The notes beneath the pieces were generated by a model. The model ran no database searches, was not told the origin of the DNA, and was given only the letters and a program-made list of their open reading frames with translations. 64,000 nucleotides of DNA from Opitutales bacterium (GTDB lineage: Bacteria; Verrucomicrobiota; Verrucomicrobiia; Opitutales; UBA2987), in NCBI GenBank assembly GCA_965226885.1, contig CBDDEL010000017.1, positions 320,001-384,000 on the forward strand, written 5' to 3'. Shown piece by piece: positions 30,452 to 39,833 of the stretch. The translations under genes were made by a program, and so were the position numbers. Within the stretch, counting starts at the first letter, position 1; every line of letters begins with the position of its first letter.

Positions 30452-31603
30452 ATGCGATTTTCCACTAGAGCCATTCATGTCGGGCAGGAAGCTGAAGAAG
30501 TGACCGGAGCTACCATCCCGCCCATTTTCCTCACCTCGACCTACAACCAGGAAGCTCCCAATGTGCACAAGGGCTACGATTACTCGCGGGCCATCAACCC
30601 CACGCGCAACAACCTAGAGGCCTGCCTGGCCTCGCTCGAAGGCGGGAAAGCCGGTGCCGCATTCTCCTCCGGCCTGGCCGCCACCACTGCCGTTTTCCAG
30701 ACCCTGAGGCCGGGAGACGGGGTCGTTGCCGGGCACGATCTCTACGGCGGCACTTTTCGCCTGCTGGAGAAGCATTTTGTGCCTTGGGGCCTGCAAGTCG
30801 TCTATGCGGAAGGGGAAAGCCTGGCTGATTTTGAAAAGGCCATCGGGAAGCTTTCCCGTCCCCGCATGATGTGGCTGGAAACCCCCACCAATCCTCTGCT
30901 CAACATCAGCGACCTGCCGGAACTATGCAACCTAGCTAAAAAACACGACACGGCGGTGGCGGTGGACAACACCTTCGCCACGCCCTACCTGCAACGGCCG
31001 ATCGCGCTCGGGGCTGACATCGTGGTCCACAGCACCACCAAATACCTGGGCGGTCATTCGGACATCATCGGCGGGGCCGTCATCACCCGCACCGCCGGGC
31101 AGATGGAGCCCATCCGCTTTCTCCAATTCGCAGCTGGAGCCGTCCCCGGCCCCTTTGACTGCTACCTCGTGCAAAGGGGCATCAAAACACTCGCCCTTCG
31201 CATGGAAAAACACTGCTCAAACGCCCAAATAATCGCCGAAAAGCTCCTCAAATATCCACAAATTGAAGAAGTCCTCTACCCCGGACTGCCCTCCCACCCC
31301 GGGCACGACCTGGCAAAAGAGCTAATGAGCGGGTTCGGCGGCATCGTCTCCTTTCGATTAAACGGTGACCTCGAGAAAACCAAACGCTTCTGCTCCAGCC
31401 TGAAAGTCTTTTCCCTGGCCGAAAGCCTCGGCGGCGTCGAATCCCTCTGCAACCACCCCGCCCTCATGACCCACGCCAGCATCCCCAAAGAAATCCGCGA
31501 ACTGCGCGGCGTAGGAGACAACCTCATCCGCCTCAGCGTAGGAATCGAAGACGTCCAAGACCTCCTCCAAGACATCGAGCAAGCCCTGACCAACATCAGT
31601 TGA
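30452..31603 (+). CDS. Cystathionine gamma-synthase/gamma-lyase (PLP trans-sulfuration family)
   Basis: YDYSR..NPTR, FSSGLAA, LYGGT, ETPTNP, DNTFATP, HSTTKYLGGHSD, AESLGGVESL..HPA.MTH, LIRLSVGIED. Confidence 0.92.
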   Translation: MRFSTRAIHVGQEAEEVTGATIPPIFLTSTYNQEAPNVHKGYDYSRAINPTRNNLEACLASLEGGKAGAAFSSGLAATTAVFQTLRPGDGVVAGHDLYGGTFRLLEKHFVPWGLQVVYAEGESLADFEKAIGKLSRPRMMWLETPTNPLLNISDLPELCNLAKKHDTAVAVDNTFATPYLQRPIALGADIVVHSTTKYLGGHSDIIGGAVITRTAGQMEPIRFLQFAAGAVPGPFDCYLVQRGIKTLALRMEKHCSNAQIIAEKLLKYPQIEEVLYPGLPSHPGHDLAKELMSGFGGIVSFRLNGDLEKTKRFCSSLKVFSLAESLGGVESLCNHPALMTHASIPKEIRELRGVGDNLIRLSVGIEDVQDLLQDIEQALTNIS

Positions 31604-31817
31604 ACACCACGCCGACGGCTACGCGGCCAATCCGGCTACACCTAGGCATGCAGTCCACATCAACGACGTATGGACCACCCTTGCCGTTGTGGTCATGGAA
31701 ATTTCAACATATCGATGAACCTCCCATATGTCCTCGTTAGACTTGTATTAAATGAAATGGACGGGGAAAACTGGACAGTGGAATAAGGTGGTCTTGAACC
31801 ACTAAATCCGCTAACCT

Positions 31818-32123
31818 ATGAATGTTATTAAATCACGAAAGAGAAGACAATACAGTGCTGAGTTTAAAGCCCGAGTGGCCCTGGAAGCCATCAGGGGCGC
31901 TCATACCATCAACGAGATCGCCGGTCGTTTTGAGGTGCATCCCAACCAGGTGACCCAATGGAAGAAGCAGCTTTTGCAGGGAGCAACGGAGCTGTTTTCG
32001 CGCCAGCGGCAGACTCTCAGCAAGGACAACGAGACGGAAAAAGATCACCTTTACCAGGAGATTGGAAAGCTGAAAGTAGAATGCGATTGGCTAAAAAAAA
32101 AGTCTGAACAATTCGGTTGGTGA
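31818..32123 (+). CDS. IS3 transposase OrfA
   Basis: YSAEFKARVALEA..HPNQVTQWKKQL HTH; WLKKK on an A9 run. Confidence 0.9.
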   Translation: MNVIKSRKRRQYSAEFKARVALEAIRGAHTINEIAGRFEVHPNQVTQWKKQLLQGATELFSRQRQTLSKDNETEKDHLYQEIGKLKVECDWLKKKSEQFGW

Positions 32124-32133
32124 GAGGCGCAAG

Positions 32134-32997
32134 ATGGTGCAACCACTTCAAGGAAAAATCAGTATCGGCAGGCAATGTCAGTTGCTGGGGCTGGCCCGCG
32201 GCAGCTATTACTATCGGGCCCGTGCCCAGTGCGAGCAGAACGTTCTCTACATGCATCGCATGGATGAGCTCTACACCCAATATCCGTTTTTTGGTTCTCG
32301 CCGGATGACCCAGTGGCTGCGTCGAGAGGGCCATGCAGTGGGACGAGGCCGCATCCAGCGGCTCATGCGCCAAATGGGCCTGGAGGCTATTTATCCGCGT
32401 CGAAACTTGAGCCAGGGGCACCGGCAGCACCGCATTTTCCCTTATCTGCTGCGGGGTTTGGCGGTCGAGCGGCCCGACCAGGTATGGTGCAGCGACATCA
32501 CTTACCTGCGGCTGAGCCGAGGATTCCTTTTCTTGACCGTGGTGTTGGACTGGTTCAGCCGCTACGTGTTGAGCTGGCAGCTTTCCAACACCCTGGAGAG
32601 CCGCTTCTGTGTGCTCGCCCTGGAGGAAGCTCTGAGGCGGGCCCAACCTCAAATCTTCAACACCGATCAAGGCAGCCAGTTTACCGGCAGCGAGTTCACC
32701 TCGGTGCTGGGGCAAGCCGGGGTGCGCATCAGCATGGACGGGCGTGGCCGCTACCTGGACAACATATTTGTTGAACGCTTTTGGAGAACCCTCAAGTATG
32801 AAGACATTTACCTGCGCGAATACGCCACGGCAAAGGAAGCCAGCGAAGGGATAGCCCGCTACCTGGACTTCTACAACCACCTGCGCCCCCACCAAGCCCT
32901 GGGCTACCGGACCCCGGCCGAAGTCCATGCAATCGGAGCAAAACCACCCTCCCCGCCAATACAGCTTGCGGGCACCTGCGTGCCCGTCTTTGGCTAA
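32134..32997 (+). CDS. IS3 transposase OrfB (integrase core)
   Basis: WCSDITY, FNTDQGSQF, DNIFVERFWRTLKYE. Confidence 0.92.
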   Translation: MVQPLQGKISIGRQCQLLGLARGSYYYRARAQCEQNVLYMHRMDELYTQYPFFGSRRMTQWLRREGHAVGRGRIQRLMRQMGLEAIYPRRNLSQGHRQHRIFPYLLRGLAVERPDQVWCSDITYLRLSRGFLFLTVVLDWFSRYVLSWQLSNTLESRFCVLALEEALRRAQPQIFNTDQGSQFTGSEFTSVLGQAGVRISMDGRGRYLDNIFVERFWRTLKYEDIYLREYATAKEASEGIARYLDFYNHLRPHQALGYRTPAEVHAIGAKPPSPPIQLAGTCVPVFG

Positions 32998-33220
32998 GGA
33001 CAAAATATATTTTTAAAAAATAATATGAACACGATTTCCACCTTAATCCCACGTCAAAATTGTCCAAACAACCCCGTCCACTTCATAAAAACGGATCATG
33101 ACGCAACCAACCAAAGACTTTTCCGCATCGCCACCGAGTCTCCGCCCGGCTCATCTTACCTTAAATGGGCTACCGGATACATTACCATTGACTTGATTCG
33201 TATCCGCCACAGTATGCGCG

Positions 33221-33334
33221 GATTCAACAGGATTCAACAGGATTCAACAGGATTCAACAGGATTCAACAGGATTCAACAGGATTCAACAGGATTCAACAG
33301 GATTCAACAGGATTCAACAGGATTCAACAGGATT
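33221..33334. repeat. 10-bp tandem repeat (GATTCAACAG) x11 plus partial unit
   Basis: Eleven perfect units from 33221 to 33330, no spacers. Confidence 0.97.
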
Positions 33335-33415
33335 TCAGGTAAATTCAGATTAAGCAAATTGACAACTTTCTTAAGGAAAAATTCTGTAAACCGTTGATAG
33401 TTAGATTTTTTTCAG

Positions 33416-33491
<76 letters not shown>

Positions 33492-33537
33492 TTAATAGTC
33501 AATGGGTTATGGAATTATAAAGGAAGCTGTAAAATTG

Positions 33538-33559
33538 CTTTGGGTGCACTTTGGGTGCA
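33538..33559. repeat. 11-bp direct repeat downstream of tRNA-Phe (possible integrase arm-type sites)
   Basis: CTTTGGGTGCA x2. Confidence 0.6.
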
Positions 33560-33971
33560 TAAATTAATCTTTACACTGGATTGTCTGAGGCCATCCATAG
33601 ATGTTTTAGAGGGCCTACGGGGGGAATCCAAACGCGTAACTTGCGTAAATACCCACACGAATTTTTGGCCCAAAATTGAGCAAGTTTCTACTGAGCGTGC
33701 TTGAATGGATGGAATCTTGTTTTATCGGCTTTATCCCTTTTCGGCAATCTGTCGCTAGAACGGGGTTGGGTGTCATCCATTGCTGTGGGATTTTCTAATA
33801 GCACAGAATCACTTTCCCTCTTTTCGCCGAAAAACGCCCAAATCCTCAACGAATAATGATTACCGTCAATTTAACTGATGCCTGCCAAGAAAAAGCCATT
33901 GCCGTAGTGTATTATATTTCGTGATCGGAGCTGAGACAAATCCTGATGATTAAATGACTTCTTGGGTTCGA

Positions 33972-36086
33972 CTAAATGAGTCCAGGCATCCAGAGGAGAG
34001 TCATGGAGATTTCATAGGTGCCTAATACTCGAACTTCTTCGGTTAGCTCAAAACCGACATCCAAGTCTTCGTTGGGGAACCATGTTTCGCCTTCAATATC
34101 TTCCGGGTCGCAAAGGGCTATCCCATGATTGAGGCATTCCGCTGTTTGAGAATTTTCAGGCAGTTTTGTGCCAGGGTAAATAAAAAACCTCCTGCTTGCG
34201 TCGCTTTGGCAGGTCCATAGAGTTGCCCTGTCTCGCATGGACGATACGACCAATATGACAGGATGATGGGAGATTTCTGCCAATCGTCGTACTGCGCACA
34301 TTAAGCTCACACCACATATTTTAGCAATTTGTTCGGCGAAAGCAAAGTTAGGGTCTCCTTTAATGATGCGTCCTGGAATCCATATTTTTGGCACAAGCAA
34401 CTCGGTTGCGAAGAGATTCGCTTCAATTTCTTCTTTTGATTCATGGTAATCTGACGTGTACTGGATTTGTTGGACACGGGATTCTCTTATATTCATTGTT
34501 TATTGATTAGTGTGTCAGGCGGCTTGTTTTGGTAAAGGGTTTTGTTTTCTCGTTGCCCCCCATGGGGGGCAAATATTTTCCTCGAATTGGACTGGGCTTT
34601 GGTAACTCAGAGAGGAATGTTTGCGATATCGGTTGTAGAAGATTTCCACGTATTCGAAGACAGTTGATCGCAGTTCGCGCTCGTCGGCAAAGTGGCGGCC
34701 TCGAATCGTGCTGGTCTTGAAGCGGCCGTAGAACGATTCCATGGCCGCGTTGTCGTAGCAGTTGCCTTGGGCGCTCATGCTCGGCTTCATGCCTAGTTCA
34801 GAGACCAGCCTCTGATAGTCGTCGCTGGCGTAGGGGCTGCCCCGATCGCTGTGATGAATAATCCCGGTGCGCAGTGTGCCGCGGGTCATGGCCGCGGCTT
34901 TGAGGGCCTTGCCAACCAGCTTCGCGTCGTTGTGGTTGGAAACGCTCCAGCCCAGCAGGCGTCGGCTGAACAGGTCCATCACCGTGGCCAAGTACATCCA
35001 ACCGGCCAGGGTCCGTAGGTAGGTCGTGTCCGCCACCCAGACCTCGTCGATATGGGTCGGCTGGCCATGCTTTTTAAGCACATTGGGGCTGTAACCATAG
35101 GGATGGTTACTGTTGGTTTTTAATGGCTTAAAGCGTTTACTCTGGGTGCTTTTGATTCCCATTTCACGCATCAGACGCAGAGCCCGGTCACGGCCGCAAT
35201 CGATGCCCTCATCATCCTTCAGATGGCGGTGCATTGGCCGATGCCCATAGCGGCCCTTGGCCTCTTTGTGTACCTTCAGGATCGCCCCCTTGATTCCCTC
35301 GTCCTCGATCCGCCGGGCCGAGGGCGCTCGGTGCCTCCAGCAGTAATAGCCACTGCGACAAATCCCCATCGCCGAGCATATTTCCTCGATCTTGAAGCGC
35401 CCCTCGTTGTCTTTGACAAACTGGTACTTCATTGTTCGTCCTTGGCAAAGTAGCCCACCGTTTTTTTTAGTATCTGGTTGATCCGCTCCGAGCGGCGCAG
35501 CTCTTTGCGAAGACGATCTATCTCGGCCGCCATCTCCTTCGGACTGCTCTGTCGCTTTGAGGTGGCTTCGCCCTGCTGATCGTCCAGATAGAGCCTCTTC
35601 CACCTATACAATTGGTTGGTGTTGACCCCAAGTTTGGTCGATACCTCGGTGGCGCTCAGACCATCGAGTATCATCAGTTGAACTGCCTCATTTTTGAACT
35701 CTATACTGCGTCTTCTTCCCATGCTTCGATTCTCCATTTAGGAGAATCTCGTGTCCACTTTTTCCAGTGCACATCAAATCCACCATGTCTGAGGCGACAC
35801 TGAACTTTTGTGTCAATCGAGGGTGCAGTAGCCAGTGCCCAATTTCATGGGCCAGAGAGAAACGTTGTCGATTAGGATTGCTGCCAGCTTTCAAGCGAAT
35901 AATACCCTCATTTCCGTAGCGCATCAAGTAGGCCTCGTAGTTGACCAGGTCACTAATTTCTACCTCAATACCCAAATACTCCGCAACATCCATTAGAAGG
36001 AGATCCGAGGGTTCTTCTATTCCTAGATCTTCCCTCAATTTATAAGCGATCTTCTGAATCCTAATCCAATTAATTTTCGGTTTCAC
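33972..36086 (-). pseudogene. ImmA/IrrE (CapP/PprI-like) zinc metallopeptidase, interrupted by IS3
   Basis: Rejoined ~261 aa: RQRFSLAHEIGH..SDMVD|YHESKEEIEANLFATELLVP, then an HTH (IAKICGVSL..AVRRL) and a GAF-like C-terminus. Confidence 0.88.
34452..35776 (-). mobile_element. IS3-family element type B (orfA 35429-35737, orfB 34515-35432, ATGA overlap)
   Basis: Ends TGATGTGCACTGGAAAAAGTGGACAC / GTGTCCAACAAATCCAGTACACGTCA; TSD AATC; WVADTTY, HHSDRGS, CYDNAAMESF. Confidence 0.94.
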
Positions 36087-36513
36087 CTTTGTTGTCCCGC
36101 TTCTGCTTCAACTGCCGAAGATCTTTCAATATTAACCGCAATTCTTGATCATCAGCTTCGCAGGTTCTGCGGGCCGCTGTTGCAAATTCTGAACCCAGTT
36201 CCTCCTGTAGACTGAAAATCTCAGCTTCTATTTCTTTTCGAGTATCGGGAAATTGGATAACATCAGTAGTCTTCCTGTCTTGCCTCCCCCGGCGGCGCAT
36301 ACAGGCCTGTTTCATTGCCCATTTTCCTGCAAACTTTTTGCGAATAAACTCAATCGACGCATTTACTTCCTCGATGTGGAGCCCCATCTCAGTTAACATG
36401 GAATTCAGCTCTTCGATCGTCTCTTTCGATTCAGATGCTTCCAAAGATTCACTTGTCAAAAGAGCATGGAGCGTTCGTGTTTTTTCTGCCATTAATTTTT
36501 CGTTATTTGCCAT
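36070..36513 (-). CDS. Hypothetical helical protein between the sigma-like gene and the IrrE-like peptidase
   Basis: 147-aa ORF overlapping both neighbours (translational coupling). Confidence 0.75.
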   Translation of the reverse strand: MANNEKLMAEKTRTLHALLTSESLEASESKETIEELNSMLTEMGLHIEEVNASIEFIRKKFAGKWAMKQACMRRRGRQDRKTTDVIQFPDTRKEIEAEIFSLQEELGSEFATAARRTCEADDQELRLILKDLRQLKQKRDNKGETEN

Positions 36514-36796
36514 TTTTTAAGGCTTCCTTTTCCTTAATTAATTTAGAAGCTGCGCGTTGAATTCGTTTCTTGGCTCGGTCGAAAACCTTGGGATTCATAC
36601 CGGTGAGTTCACAAACTTCACTGCGCTTGTAAAATTGATTCTCGAAAGCGTCGATGATGCTCAACTCCTCTTCCTTATCGGAAAAATGTTCTTTGAGACG
36701 GTCGAAAATTTCAATCGACGTCTTCTCTTTCTCCCGCGTTTCGGCGGCAAGGGCGGGATCTTCGGTTGCAGTATCTTCAACTCCTTGCCAATAAAC
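36503..36796 (-). pseudogene. 3' part of a sigma-70 region-4-like (ECF-like) HTH protein, truncated by IS3
   Basis: Not in ORF track; reads VYWQGVED..IFDRLKEHFSDKEEELSIIDAFENQFYKRSEVCELTGMNPKVFDRAKKRIQRAASKL..GK*. Confidence 0.65.
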
Positions 36797-38130
36797 TGAA
36801 GTGGACGGGGTTGTTTGGACAATTTTGACGTGGGATTAAGGTGGAAATCGTGTTCATATTATTTTTTAAAAATATATTTTGTCCTTAGCCAAAGACGGGC
36901 ACGCAGGTGCCCGCAAGCTGTATTGGCGGGGAGGTTGGTTTTGCTCCGATTGCATGGACTTCGGGCCGGGGTCCGGTAGCCCAGGGCTTGGTGGGGGCGC
37001 AGGTGGTTGTAGAAGTCCAGGTAGCGGGCTATCCCTTCGCTGGCTTCCTTTGCCGTGGCGTATTCGCGCAGGTAAATGTCTTCATACTTGAGGGTTCTCC
37101 AAAAGCGTTCAACAAATATGTTGTCCAGGTAGCGGCCACGCCCGTCCATGCTGATGCGCACCCCGGCTTGCCCCAGCACCGAGGTGAACTCGCTGCCGGT
37201 AAACTGGCTGCCTTGATCGGTGTTGAAGATTTGAGGTTGGGCCCGCCTCAGAGCTTCCTCCAGGGCGAGCACACAGAAGCGGCTCTCCAGGGTGTTGGAA
37301 AGCTGCCAGCTCAACACGTAGCGGCTGAACCAGTCCAACACCACGGTCAAGAAAAGGAATCCTCGGCTCAGCCGCAGGTAAGTGATGTCGCTGCACCATA
37401 CCTGGTCGGGCCGCTCGACCGCCAAACCCCGCAGCAGATAAGGGAAAATGCGGTGCTGCCGGTGCCCCTGGCTCAAGTTTCGACGCGGATAAATAGCCTC
37501 CAGGCCCATTTGGCGCATGAGCCGCTGGATGCGGCCTCGTCCCACTGCATGGCCCTCTCGACGCAGCCACTGGGTCATCCGGCGAGAACCAGAAAACGGA
37601 TATTGGGTGTAGAGCTCATCCATGCGATGCATGTAGAGAACGTTCTGCTCGCACTGGGCACGGGCCCGATAGTAATAGCTGCCGCGGGCCAGCCCCAGCA
37701 ACTGACATTGCCTGCCGATACTGATTTTTCCTTGAAGTGGTTGCACCATCTTGCGCCTCTCACCAACCGAATTGTTCAGACTTTTTTTTTAGCCAATCGC
37801 ATTCTACTTTCAGCTTTCCAATCTCCTGGTAAAGGTGATCTTTTTCCGTCTCGTTGTCCTTGCTGAGAGTCTGCCGCTGGCGCGAAAACAGCTCCGTTGC
37901 TCCCTGCAAAAGCTGCTTCTTCCATTGGGTCACCTGGTTGGGATGCACCTCAAAACGACCGGCGATCTCGTTGATGGTATGAGCGCCCCTGATGGCTTCC
38001 AGGGCCACTCGGGCTTTAAACTCAGCACTGTATTGTCTTCTCTTTCGTGATTTAATAACATTCATAGGTTAGCGGATTTAGTGGTTCAAGACCACCTTAT
38101 TCCACTGTCCAGTTTTCCCCGTCCATTTCA
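36797..38130 (-). mobile_element. IS3 type A, copy 2 (no TSD; orfA 37760-38065, orfB 36859-37749 with 3' frameshift)
   Basis: Near-identical to 31753-33085; flanks AAAC and TTCA differ. Confidence 0.94.
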
Positions 38131-38186
38131 TTCATAGAAAATAGGTTTTATTATTAATATATTTATTATTTAAGGAACAATTAAAA

Positions 38187-39575
38187 TTAGTGTGTGTAAC
38201 CTGCCTCACCGTGGGTAGCTAGATCAAGACCAAGTTCTTCATCTTCATCGTCCACGCGAAGGCCGATGGTTTTTTTGATGAGAGTTAGAGCGATTAGGGA
38301 GACCAGGCCGCTCCAAACGATGGTAACCAAAATGCTTTTGAGTTGTATCCAGGTTTGCACCACCAGGCTGAAGGTTTCCACGCCGCCTTCGCCGATAAAA
38401 AAGCAGCCGGCCAGCAGAGCACCAACAATCCCGCCGATGCCATGCACCCCAAAGACGTCCAGGCTGTCATCGTAGCCGAGTCGCCTTTTCAGTTGGGTAA
38501 CAGCGAGATAACAGCAGGCGCTTGAGGCGAACCCAATGGCTAAAGCGCCCATGGGGCCGACCGAACCGGAACCGGGGGTGATGGCCACCAGGCCGGCGAC
38601 CGCACCGGTAGCTACGCCGATGGCGGTGGAGGCGCCGCTTTTTATCCGTTCGATGGCCATCCAGGTGAGGGCCGCGGCGGCGGTGGCCACTTGTGTCACG
38701 AGCAAGGCCATGCCCGCCGTGCCATCGGCGGCCAGTTCGCTGCCGGCGTTGAATCCGAACCAGCCAACCCATAACATGGAAGCGCCAATGAGGGTCAGCG
38801 GTACATTGTGGGGGGCCAGAGGCTCGAGGCCGAAACCACGCCTTTTGCCAACCAGGAGGCAGGCCACCAGGCCAGCGATTCCGGCATTGATATGCACAAC
38901 GGTGCCACCTGCAAAATCAATCACGCCCCATTCGGCAAAAAGGGCGCCATCACCGGACCAGGCCATATGGCAGATGGGCAGGTATGAAAAAGTAAACCAG
39001 ACAACGCAAAAAAGCATCATGGCGCTGAATTTCATGCGTTCGGCAAAAGCGCCCACGATCAACGCCGGGGTAATGATGGCGAATGTCATCTGGTAAGTTA
39101 CGAAAACGCTCTCGGGAATGGTCCCGGAATACGAATCCACGCCGATGCCGCTGAGAAAAGCGGTTCCGAGTCCTCCAAAAAAGGAGTGGAAATTAATGAC
39201 CCCAGCCTCCATGCCGGTAGTATTAAAGGCCACACTATAACCATAGATGACCCAGAGGATGGTCATGACCGCGGCCATGGCGAAGCATTGCACGAGAATG
39301 GAGAGCACATTTTTGGTTCTCACCAGGCCCCCGTAAAACAGGGCCAGTCCCGGTAGGGTCATAAAAAGAACCAGCACAGTTGCCACGATCATCCAGGCAG
39401 TGTCACCGGTGTCGAGGGGGAGAGGCGTCTGCCCGGCTATGGCATCGGCGACGGAATCCTGTGCCTGCAGCCTCGAAGCTGCCGAAACAAGGAAACCGGA
39501 TATTATTAGTTGGAAAATGGATTTCCAGCGTGAATGGGGTTGGGATAGGTTCATGTTGTAATAGGATGATCTCAA
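38187..39575 (-). CDS. amtB: Ammonium transporter
   Basis: DTAW..FMTLPGLALFYGG, DFAGGTVVHINAG, LWVGWFGFNAGS, DDSLDVFGVHG. Confidence 0.96.
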   Translation of the reverse strand: MRSSYYNMNLSQPHSRWKSIFQLIISGFLVSAASRLQAQDSVADAIAGQTPLPLDTGDTAWMIVATVLVLFMTLPGLALFYGGLVRTKNVLSILVQCFAMAAVMTILWVIYGYSVAFNTTGMEAGVINFHSFFGGLGTAFLSGIGVDSYSGTIPESVFVTYQMTFAIITPALIVGAFAERMKFSAMMLFCVVWFTFSYLPICHMAWSGDGALFAEWGVIDFAGGTVVHINAGIAGLVACLLVGKRRGFGLEPLAPHNVPLTLIGASMLWVGWFGFNAGSELAADGTAGMALLVTQVATAAAALTWMAIERIKSGASTAIGVATGAVAGLVAITPGSGSVGPMGALAIGFASSACCYLAVTQLKRRLGYDDSLDVFGVHGIGGIVGALLAGCFFIGEGGVETFSLVVQTWIQLKSILVTIVWSGLVSLIALTLIKKTIGLRVDDEDEELGLDLATHGEAGYTH

Positions 39576-39643
39576 TTGTTTATGTTGTAAAGCGTTATCT
39601 CAATTCTTGTTTCTTCTTCGTAAATATAAGACTGCCTTCTACC

Positions 39644-39660
39644 AGCAGAGGCCATGCCAA
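39644..39660 (-). promoter_or_regulatory. Sigma-54 (-24/-12) promoter of amtB
   Basis: TTGGCATGGCCTCTGCT = GG-N10-GC, about 70 nt upstream of the ORF. Confidence 0.65.
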
Positions 39661-39833
39661 CCCGGATTGAGGTTCAACCCTGTTCACTTTTAAACAATTG
39701 GAGGAAAGTCAGGCCGGTTCCGGAAAATCCCTTGACGATGTTAATTCACCCGCCCTACTTTGGCCCACAGATTGAACATCAAATCCCATCATCTCTTTCC
39801 AGGGGAAAGAATATTTGACCACCTGCTTGGCAC

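Larger units (their letters stand above)
31753..33085 (+). mobile_element. IS3-family element type A, copy 1
   Basis: TG..CA ends (TGAAATGGACGGGG / CCCCGTCCACTTCA); 4-bp TSD TAAA. Confidence 0.95.

Noticed and set aside
33221..33334. CRISPR array
   Set aside because: 10-bp units are contiguous with no spacers and there are no cas genes.
33025..33342. 105-aa ORF with GFNRIQQDST repeats
   Set aside because: Starts inside the IS3 end and simply reads through the VNTR.
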